Source: Octopus sinensis (lineage: Eukaryota). Taken from it: a DNA stretch of 64,000 nt. The notes beneath the pieces are model-generated. The model was not told the origin of the DNA, did no database searches, and worked only from the letters and a program-made list of their open reading frames with translations. Position numbers and translations under genes: made by a program. Below are positions 12,830-23,039 of the stretch, piece by piece. Numbering within the stretch: position 1 is the stretch's first letter; the number at the start of each line of letters is the position of its first letter. The stretch covers positions 99,758,001-99,822,000 of the forward strand of contig NC_043005.1 of the NCBI RefSeq assembly GCF_006345805.1, written 5' to 3'.

Positions 12830-13190
12830 TGTGAATACAAGTAACCAAAACGTGGTTCCTTTGGAGGATCTCCAGAGTAATGTTATTTGACTGGATGTGA
12901 TGCTCAGAGATCAAGGAGTCCCTCCTGCTCAAGCAGTTATGTCTCCACTATTATGGACATTTGATGGGATTGTTTTAGGAAATAATTGCAAGATGGATTC
13001 TTCAAACTGATCCAACAAGCAGGAGACCTAGGGGCAAAGCAAGAATAGGGTGGTTGGATAATAGCGGCAGTCTCAGAGATAGTTATGCTTGGGGATCCAA
13101 CCAGAAAGTTGCTTCTGATAGGATCCTGTGGAAGAGGTATCTGAGGATTCCATCCCAATGATTCTCCAAGGAAGAGTGGGTGGAGAAGAT
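12830..13190 (+). pseudogene. Old RTE-type LINE C-terminal fragment
   Basis: Reads LCLHYYGHLMG...SRRPRGKARIGWLD...VASDRILWKR, matching the RTE-type LRWxGH...RPRGRPR..W.D...DR..W terminus. Confidence 0.6.
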
Positions 13191-13281
13191 GGATGGATTA
13201 TACATATAAGAAGTGGGAAATAAGGAGTGATTTGACTGGTATTTTCAGCAGATTGAGTGACTATAAGCCAAGTACACTGTT

Positions 13282-13575
13282 GTGGAGGTACATGGCCTAG
13301 TGATTAGAGTAGCGGGATCGCGGTTTCAAATCTCAGACCAAGCGATGTGTGTGTTTAAGAGCGAAACACCTAAGCTCCACGCGGCTCTGGCAGAAGCGAA
13401 TGGCAAACTTCTGCTGACTCTTTCGCCACAACCTTCTCTCATTCTTTCCTTCTCCATCTTGCAACTCACCTGTGACATACCGGCGTCCCATCTAGGCGGG
13501 GAACCTATACACCAAAGAAACTGGGAAACTGGCCCTTATGACCCAGGCATGGCTCGAGAAGGAACAAACAAGTAC
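13282..13575 (+). mobile_element. tRNA-derived SINE, family D
   Basis: tRNA-like head tggaggtacatggcctagtgattag...ggtttcaaatctc; shares gagcgaaacacctaagctccacg, ctctttcgccacaac and gaaactgggaaa with 48555-48870. Confidence 0.7.
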
Positions 13576-14395
13576 ACTGTTCAACAAAACTGTCTGTCAA
13601 TAAACAATTCTCTTACCCCCCTTTTTCCTTTTCCTCTTTCTTTTCTTCTTCCTCTCTTTTCCTTTGTCTTCAAGTTTCTATTTGATGCCTCCAGAGGAGG
13701 CAACCCAACGAACAGATTAGTTTAGCTCAACGGTCACCTTGAGAGATGGCGTGAGCTTTAGTTAAGAATCATGATAGTCTGTGATAGACACGGAAGTTTC
13801 AGTTACATATATACACATCAACACATTAGCAGTTTTATTATTATTGGATTCTACTGAACACAAGACACGTTGAGATAGCACAAGAAACAACAAAACAAAG
13901 CCCACACACTAAAGCAAAAATGATACAGTCAACATAACAGTTGTCCATCCATGAAAGACAATGCTGCACACACCTCTGGAGAAAAGAAACACATGTGGTG
14001 GTGGTGGTGGTGGTGGTGGGGCTGTAGAAACTCACATAAAACTAAATAGTAGCAGTGATGGTTACTACTATGATGACGAGAGTCAATGAAGTATTAATAT
14101 TTTGAAATCAATGTCTGATGTAAATGCCTCATTAAAGTTTTTCTTCTTCTTTTTTTTTTTTAATCTTAGATAGTGTTACATTTATTATGTTATACAATGT
14201 TTTTACATTAAATAAATTCAATCTTGTTCTTCTTCTGTGGTTTCTAGATTATTGTTACAACACACTTATCAATATTAATTCCCAACACTACCATTATTAA
14301 TAGAGAAACTAGTTTTTACTTAATCTGTCTCATCATAATAACTATTTATTCCTTTTATCTGCTCTTATTGTGTGTGTGTGCGTGTGTACGTGTGC

Positions 14396-14430
<35 letters not shown>

Positions 14431-14491
14431 CACACATACATATATATGCATATATATATATGTATATACATATATATATATATATGTATAT

Positions 14492-14542
<51 letters not shown>

Positions 14543-14894
14543 CATAAACATATATATATATATATGCATACACACATTATATATATATATACGTGTGTGT
14601 ATGTTGTATGTTTGTGTGTATGTATACTTATGTGTTGCTGTAGAACGACATTGATGAAGAAAATGTAGCTAAATAACAGTGTCTTACATTAACAAGACAA
14701 GTTTTTTTATATGAAAAAGCAAATTTGATACGTTTAACATGAATGTATATTCCACAGGAACAATTGGGTTGTGGTCTTCAGATATTTCTTTAAAACACTA
14801 CAAGTGCCATTAGTAAAGCAGAAGTCATGATTTCACACGGCCAGAATTTTACAATTACCAATATTCTACTTTCTTTCTGGTGAATGGGTTTATC

Positions 14895-15425
14895 TGACTC
14901 TCCACATTCTGAATTCAAATTCTGCTGAAGTTAACTTTGCTTTCCATCCTTCCAGGGTTGATAAAAAAAGTACCACTTAAGCACTGGGGGTCGATGTAAT
15001 CGAACAGCCTTCTCCCCACAAAAATTTCAGCCCTTGTACCTATAATAAAAAGAATTCTTATTTCAAGCTGGGTTTTATCTCATCAAGTTTAATCTTGGGT
15101 ACATTTCTCATTTTTGTCTGCTGATTTCCAAATACTATTTTGTTATGGTGCTGTCTTTATTAGCTGTTTCTTCCAATGGGTTTATTCTGAAGCCAGGAGA
15201 GCCGGCTGAATTGCTAGCATGCTGGGCAAAATGCTTAGCGGTATTTCGTCTGCCGTTATGTTCTCAGTTCAAATTCCGCTGAGGTCAACTTTGCCTCTCA
15301 TCCTTTCGGGGTCGATTAAATAAATACCAGTTAGGCACTGGGGTCGATGTAATCGACTTAATCCCTTTGTTCATCCATGTTTGTCCTCTCTATGTTTAGC
15401 CCCTTGTGGGCAATGAATAAATAAA
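14895..15425 (+). mobile_element. Two SINE family B copies (14895-15062; 15197-15425)
   Basis: ttc(tg)agttcaaattc...gtcaactttgcct..catcctttcggggtcga..aaataccagtt..cactggggtcgatgtaatcga. Confidence 0.8.
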
Positions 15426-15659
15426 TATACTGACAAGAATAGTTAACATATAACTGACAGAACTCCGCAGTCAAAGTTAGGTACCACAGTGTCTTGGAAG
15501 ACTATAAAATAAAATAAAACACTGTTCTTATAGGAGCCAATGTGGGGACCTCTATGCAGTTGCTTAACCATCTGAAAATAGTAGCTAAATTTCACTCAAA
15601 TTGCAACAAACAAGCTTAAAAGCAGGAAAAAATTGGAGTCATACATACTACTGTGTATG

Positions 15660-15995
15660 AGTGACTAACTGGCTTCCGTGCCGGTGGCACGTAAAAGGCA
15701 CCATTCGAGCGTGATCGTTACCAGCATCACCTTACTGGCACCTGTGCCAGTGGCATGTGCAAAAAGATTTGAGCGAGGTCATTGCCAGTACCGCCTGACT
15801 GGCACCCATGCAGGTGGCACATAAAAAGCACTCACTACACTCTCGGAGTGGGTGGTGTTAGGAAGGGCATCCTGCTGTAGAAACTCTGCCAGATCAAGAT
15901 TGGAGCCTGGTGCAGCCGTCTGGTTTGCTAGCCCTCAGTCAATCGTCCAACCCATGCTAGCATGGAAAGCGGATGTTAAACGATGATGATATTGA
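15660..15995 (+). mobile_element. 5'-truncated RTE 3'UTR with (GAT)n tail
   Basis: gtgccggtggcac repeats, then ctacactctcggagtgg...ttaggaagggcatcc...ccatgctagcatggaaagcgg..gttaaacgatgatgat, as at 40730-40895. Confidence 0.8.
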
Positions 15996-17134
15996 TGAAT
16001 GGTCACATCAGGACTGTCTTTTGTCATAGTGATTATAGGTGTGCTGGATCAGGACAGTTCTGAGATTAAACAACGAAAGCCATGTGCACTTGACTGTCAT
16101 CAAGTTACAGAAATAAAACAAGATACTTCTTTAACATTATACTATATATATATAATGTGACTAATATTTATAATAAAGCTGATAGTTTTAATTTACCTAT
16201 TGTATTGTTTCCATGGGTGCAGAGTAGAATCCCTCTTAGGATAAGCCATAATGTTCTTTCCAGTCAAGTTAATGAAATAAATGTGGTTGGGATGTTTTCG
16301 GATAGAATAAAAAGGTAAATGAAATTGGAAAAACAAGATTATGTTAAGAAAAGTTTAGTTAAATGTTTTGAGTCTTGCTTGGGGAAACAAGGTGTAATTT
16401 TGAAAGAAATATTGAATGACCTCAAGGTTGCAAAAGAGAAAAGTTTTAAGGAGTGACTAGTTTTAATTATATATTTACATACACACACACACACACACAC
16501 TCTCTCTTTCTCTCTCTCTATCACACATATATATATATACACACATATATAAGCACTAGTTCATATATCCAGTAAAGAAGCACAATCTAAAACATTAGAG
16601 CAGTAATATATTTTTAGGAAGTTAATTGTTCTGTGTGAAACTAGTGGTTGCTCTATATGACCAGTCAACAATTAGCTTCCTAATATATGATGGGTTATGT
16701 CATACTTTTGTAGAGTACAAATTTATTAGTTTTAAATAAAAATGTTGTTGGCAGTGAATTTGAAGTCTGATGATGGCTTAACATTCTATATAGATATATA
16801 TGTGTGTGTGTATATATACATATATATATATAAATATTCAGACATACATACACACACACACACACACATGTATGTTAGGCTATGAGGCTGTAATGTGCCT
16901 CAGTAGAAATGTCTACTGGTGCACAGGCCAGAGATGATTTTCAGTACAACTATTATCATAAGATATTTAGTGAACATGATAGATTATCAAATTGTTATGT
17001 TATTAACACCTGAGTAGAGGCAGTAAGGTTCAATCTATTTGATAAAATATTAATAGCAGAATGTACATAACTATTCCCAAAGTAAAGAACACACACACAC
17101 ACACACACACATATATGTTCTTTACACTTCAACC

Positions 17135-19390
17135 TCAAAGATCATAAGAAATAATTTATAACCAAACCATCGATATGCCTCATATGCCCCACCAAATCTG
17201 ATCTGGGAAAAGTAAGTAAAAATATTTTGAACAAAATAATACCAATCGTCAAGGAGATAGCACTACCCCTAACCACTCAAAAAGAAGTGGTGGTTGCTCT
17301 ATTCCATGGTTACACCCTGCTTCTCACTTAATGTTATGAACTTAGCTAAATCCTTCTTTAATATACTGGACTCCAATTTCCCTTGTCAATATAAATATTA
17401 CTCTATCTTTAATAGATCCACCCTGAATCTACCCTATTCCACCCCACCCAACTTCGAATCTATCATAGCAGCCTCTAATAAACAAACGCTTTTTCTCTAC
17501 TATCCAAACTCACTATAACAACTCTAAATACATGAATGCCCAACATGTACACAGCTCCAGCATTGAAACTATATGTAAGACCACAACCATAACACTACCC
17601 AGAATACTACCACAACTTCCACCACCCATACAGATAGAATAATTAACAACAATGATAGCAATAATAACAATAATAGTAATAATAATATTAATAATACTAA
17701 TAACTTAGGCCTTTCTACTCCCATCTCTAACCTCTCCTCTGACAGTCTTACCTCCGGCATTCCTGAAAATAATCCTCAAAATACACCCAGTTGTAACTGC
17801 CGTCCTTGGTCCAACTGCCCCCTACAAACTCATTGTAGAAAATCTAATGTAATTTATAAATGTACCGTCCTCAACATATTACACAATTCTACAGCTACAT
17901 ATACAGAGTCCCCCATAAATTATAAACAGTGACATGCTGCTCATTTTGATTCTTTTAGATATGAGAGATACAACACTTGCCAGTCATATACATCATCTCA
18001 AAAATAAAATATTCCTTACACTTTGTCATGGTCCATATTAGATTAAGGGCTTCCATACCAAGGTCAATGCTTAGCCTGTAAACTATGCCTTAAAGAGGCA
18101 TTCCACAACTCCTCAACACCACTAAACAAATATAATGTAGCCCTAAGTACATGCAACCACCGCTTTTTCCCTACCTTCAAATTTTACCACAAATCTAAAT
18201 GCAACCTAAATAACCACACAGTAAGTAATCCCCAACAACCTCACTTATTTTAATTTTTAATTAAATCTCCGATCTTACTTCAAAAGATCACAATCATTTA
18301 GTACCACATATAGGAACATACAAGTGGACACATGTGGTTGTGCATGTATATGTATGTGTATGCACATGCATATGCATGAAAGAGTACATCTACAGATGCA
18401 TGTGACCATGCATGTGTATATATGCATGTGTAAGTATAGACGTATGTATATGTCTGTATATATATATATATATGTGTGTGTGTGTATATGTATACATATT
18501 CACAAATATAAATGTATGTGAGTGCATGTGTGCATATGCCATTATACCTTCTTTTCTCCTCTCCTATTCCGGCCTATCACTAACTTACCATATACGTCTA
18601 TTTATAGTTATTTGACATCCTTCTATTCTTCCCTCCATCTCATATTTTACTACCAAAATTACAACTCATTTTGGTATCACCCCACCCATGCCTTTTCTCT
18701 ACCCATCCCTTAATGCAGCTGTCATATCACCCCTACTCACATTATTTTACTCCTTACCTTCTCATCTCTTCCATCCTCCCACCACAATATCTTGACCACC
18801 AACTAACATTCCCTTTCTCACTTCCTTCACCCTTTCTTCATTTTTTCACTCTTTGTTTTTTTCTCTCTCATTTTTCCTTTTCTTTTTTCCTCACTTTCTT
18901 CCTCTCATTTTCTCTTTCTGTTTTAAATATGATCAATCTCCTCTTTTTAATCATACACGTCTCTCCTCCCTCCATCTATCCACAAATACTATCAATACAT
19001 TCTCAAATTTTCATTCACACCACAAAACCCTTTCAAATGAGCAACACTGATTCCACAGCTCCATACTTTGATATGACTAAACATGAACTGCTACTGGAAC
19101 TTACATACCATGTACAAGAAACATTTTTACCACTTCTATACACCATTTTCCTCGAATAATGAAACTGCAACTACAATATCTTTATATATCTTATTTCTAC
19201 TTTCATTCTCTTATTTCACTCTATATTCCCTATCTTCTCCTTTTCCACAATAATTTGAACTAAAATATTTTCTCACTCTGTCTCTGATGAAGGGATATCC
19301 ATAATATCCCAGAAACAGCTGTAAGACCAGTTCATTATAAATGTTCTGAAAACTCCTCACAGCCTTAGATTTGCTATCTCATTCTGTCTA
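17135..19390 (+). mobile_element. Internally deleted, degenerate Penelope-like element (Naiad/Neptune-like) with hammerhead-bearing 3' terminus
   Basis: LKDHKK*FITKPSICLICPTKSDLGKVSKNIL (RT N-terminus), FFNILDSNFPCQYKYYSIFNRSTLNLPYSTPPNFESII (linker), CNCRPWSNCPLQTHCRKSNVIYKCTV and WSIL...CKLCLKE (GIY-YIG flanks); RT core missing; hammerhead at 19280. Confidence 0.7.
19280..19327 (+). ncRNA. Minimal type I hammerhead ribozyme
   Basis: gucu-CUGAUGA-a GGGAUAU ccaua AUAUCCC a-GAAA-C AGCU G-UA/agac; palindromic stem III ACAGCUGU. Confidence 0.85.
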
Positions 19391-19403
19391 ATATATATAT
19401 ATA

Positions 19404-20459
19404 TCATAAAAACCTATGTAATTTGCACACCTGTGTAATTTACACAGGTGATTTTCAGAATAAAAATTGTTGAAAAAAGCTTCTACTCATATAAAATTTG
19501 AATCCAAAAGTTTTCAGAATTGTTGATATGGCCAGGGGAAAAAGGTTTTCATTTTAGTTGTATTTAGCATAATTTTATTTACTTACGATTAGATTTTATT
19601 AAATTTTCATTAAATAAAAATAATTTCTGTTCAACATTGAAAGCTATTAAATTACAAAGTGTTTGTATTGTTTATGATAAACTTTATTTTACATTTCTTG
19701 TCCATGAGAGATTATGTTTGGTCTTTAGCAAACTTCTGTATGTCTTCTCAAATCATGATCATAAGAAAATTTTTGATAATTCTTATAAACAAAAACAAAG
19801 CTGATAAATAGGCACAGTGTTGCAAAACAAGTTTAATTATCAATAAACAACAGCTTGGAACACACTTTACTCAACCAACAGAGGAAGGTGACTAATCAAA
19901 CTGATTATCTAAACAGAATTCTGATTGGTCGAATGTGTCTTCTTGTCTCAAGCTCTGATTTTCCGGCGATGTCGGTGGTGATGAATTTCATTGTCCTAAT
20001 GTGGAGAAAGCGATAAATAGCTTCCTGGAGGCAAACGCAAGCTAGACTTCTAAAGTGGATAAAAACTGATCTATTTAAGGCAATTGCTGGGCTTCATTGC
20101 AATAGGTAGAAACTCCAAGCAATGTAAAATATGGCCCTAACTTTAATTACTAGCATGAACGTCAAACTTCAAAAAGTGGCTAACCATTTAATTGCTTTAG
20201 TAAGTTTATGCAGAAAAAGTAAGCATTATACTGTCCAGCATATATAAAAGTCAACTACATTATATTTTTTCTGTAAAAAGCTATTCTGACATTAAGTGAG
20301 TGAACTTTCAGTACGAATGCTTACATTTGTACGTCATTTTTCAACAAACAGAATTTCTAAACAAATTCTGGAAAGGATCTACGCATGTAATTTATGCACC
20401 CCCTAAAGTTCATTTTTGTTTTTGCGGAAAAAGTGCATAAATTACATGGGTTTTTACAC
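19404..20459 (+). mobile_element. pogo/Tigger-like DNA transposon deletion derivative
   Basis: Imperfect TIRs (taaaaacc(t/c)atgtaattt..gcac) flanked by TA; internal frameshifted remnants LPGGKRKL / LLKWIK / SNFK..SG..FMQKK resembling a CENP-B-type HTH. Confidence 0.6.
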
Positions 20460-20662
20460 TATATATAAACATATATATATATATATATATAATAAATATT
20501 AGGGAATAAATCCAAATTTACAGGGAAAAATCAGATTTAGGATTAAATCCAATTTTATAGTAAAATATATATAATATAATTCGAGACAAAACCACTACTT
20601 TGCAAAACAACCAGGAAAGACTTAATCAATACATAAAATTTTTAATATAAAGAAATAAACCG

Positions 20663-20705
20663 CCACTACAATCGTTTCATGTCTTCAATGACATTCGTCA
20701 GGTGG
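20663..20705 (-). ncRNA. Minimal type I hammerhead ribozyme (intact copy)
   Basis: Minus strand: ccac-CUGACGA-AUGUC auugaa GACAU-GAAA-C GAUU G-UA/gugg. Confidence 0.85.
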
Positions 20706-20772
20706 ACTTTCGATCTCCTATCTGTTTTAATTTATGAAGTCATAAATTAAAACAGATTAGGAGATCGAAAGT

Positions 20773-20813
20773 CCACCTGACGAATGTCATTGAAGACTGA
20801 AATGTTGTAGTGG
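20773..20813 (+). ncRNA. Hammerhead ribozyme, slightly degenerate mirror copy
   Basis: ccac-CUGACGA-augucauugaagacu-GAAA-uguug-UA/gugg; 1-nt loss in stem II and changes in stem III relative to 20663-20705. Confidence 0.65.
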
Positions 20814-20924
20814 CGGTTCATTTCTTTATATTAAAAATTTTATGTATTGATTAAGTCTTTCCTTGTTGTTTTGCAAAGTAGTGGTTTTGTCTCGAATTAT
20901 ATTATATATATATATATATACACA

Positions 20925-21302
20925 TCTATTATATAAAATCCGTTCTGTCTGTCTGTGTGTGTCTTCTAGGATCTCGGGCATCCTCCATCCAATTGCACTC
21001 AAATTTGATATGTAGATACCGACGGTATCAGGGCATATATAAGTCTTGAAAAAATTACAAAAATCGATTCCAGGTGAGAATGCGAACGATAAAGCCGTGG
21101 GAACGTGCATTGGTATATGCAAGTACATCATCTATTGCGATTGATACTACGCATATGCAGGAAAAATGCACATGCAGTTTGTGCAAAAATAGCTGGCTGG
21201 CTTGAAATAATGCCACATAATGGGACTGTCGGACAAGTTGTTTTGAGAAAATTTGGTTTAAATGTTTGACAACTCAGCACCATCCATTGGACGGTGGGTG
21301 TC

Positions 21303-21393
<91 letters not shown>

Positions 21394-21750
21394 GTATATA
21401 TATATGATATAAGGGACATTAGCCAACTGAATATGGCTAGGGACAGGGCAGGGTGGTGGGGGTGCCACTGTTGCATTTAGCCTCAGGCGAACATCAACGT
21501 CACCAGATAGGCCGACGCCATCACGGCGTCCTCTACCAGGCAAAAGGAGATCATTCCCCAAGAAGCGGATCTCCCTTTGCAAGATAGAGGACGCCGTGAT
21601 GGCGTCGGCCTATCTGGTGACATTGATGTTCGCCTGGGCTAAATGCAACAGTGACACCCCTACCACCCTGCCCTGTCCCTAGCCATATTCAGTTGGCTAA
21701 TGTCCCTTATATTATGTAGCAGTCACTGTCTATATCTCATTTAGAGAATT
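20925..21750 (+). mobile_element. Non-autonomous Helitron/HINE-like element carrying a GC-rich foldback
   Basis: 5' TCTATTATATAAAATCCG, then (CTGT)n(GT)n and ccaattgcactcaaatttg, an architecture typical of non-autonomous rolling-circle elements; a canonical CTRR 3' end was not identified. Confidence 0.45.
21407..21712. repeat. 306-bp GC-rich foldback (~129-bp arms)
   Basis: 21407-21535 pairs with 21585-21712; the spacer adds a further stem gcaaaaggagatc/gatctccctttgc. Confidence 0.9.
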
Positions 21751-21833
21751 ATTATATATATATATATGTATATACATATATGTATATATACATACGTATA
21801 TATATATACATACATATATGTATATATACATAC

Positions 21834-21883
<50 letters not shown>

Positions 21884-22163
21884 GTATATATATATATACA
21901 TATATATATGCATACATATATATAACATACATATATGTATATATATATATATGTATACGGCTTACCAAAAATACACAAATCAAAAAACATTCAACAGGCA
22001 GTAAAAGAACAAGAAAGTGAGTACATAAATTATTACACATCCAAAAGACCTAAAACTTAGACCTATTATAGCTGGTCCAGCATGCCCTACACACCGTCTA
22101 AGCATTTATTTTGACATTGTTTTGAAACCACTATGTACTTACATACCAAGTTTCATCAGGGAT

Positions 22164-22263
22164 NNNNNNNNNNNNNNNNNNNNNNNNNNNNNNNNNNNNN
22201 NNNNNNNNNNNNNNNNNNNNNNNNNNNNNNNNNNNNNNNNNNNNNNNNNNNNNNNNNNNNNNN
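22164..22263. other. Assembly gap (~100 N)
   Basis: Run of N. Confidence 0.98.
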
Positions 22264-22403
22264 ATGCACATGCATTTGTGCAAAAATAGCTGGCTGGCTT
22301 GAAATAATGCCACATAATGGGACTGTCGGACAAGTTGTTTTGAGAAAATTTGGTTTAAATGTTTGACAACTCAGCACCATCCATTGGACGGTGGGTGGTC
22401 CTC

Positions 22404-22446
<43 letters not shown>

Positions 22447-22937
22447 ATATATATATTGTATATATATATAATATATGTATATATATATATGTATATATAT
22501 ATGATATAAGGGACATTAGCCAACTGAATATGGCTAGGGACAGGGCAGGTGGTGGGGGTGCACTGTTGCATTTAGCCTCAGGCGAACATCAACGTCACCA
22601 GATAGGCCGACGCATCACGGCGTCCTCTACCAGCAAAAAGAGATCATTCCCCAAGAAGCGGATCTCCCTTTGCAAGATAGAGGACGCCGTGATGGCGTCG
22701 GCCTATCTGGTCATTGATGTTCGCCTGGCTAAATGCAACAGTGACACCCCTACCACCCTGCCCTGTCCCTAGCCATATTCAGTTGGCTAATGTCCCTTAT
22801 ATTATGTAGCAGTCACTGTCTATATCTCATTTAGAGAATTATTATATATATATATGTAGTATATACATATATGTATATATACATACGTATATATATATAC
22901 ATACATATATGTATATATACATACATATAATATATAC

Positions 22938-22970
<33 letters not shown>

Positions 22971-23039
22971 GTATTATATAGTATATATATACATATATAT
23001 ATGCATACATATATATATACATACATATATGTATAATAT

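Larger units (their letters stand above)
20566..20911. repeat. ~345-bp near-perfect palindrome (two Penelope-type termini head-to-head)
   Basis: Centre tttatga-ag-tcataaa (20731-20746); arms pair out to ttcgagacaaaaccac / gtggttttgtctcgaa. Confidence 0.9.
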
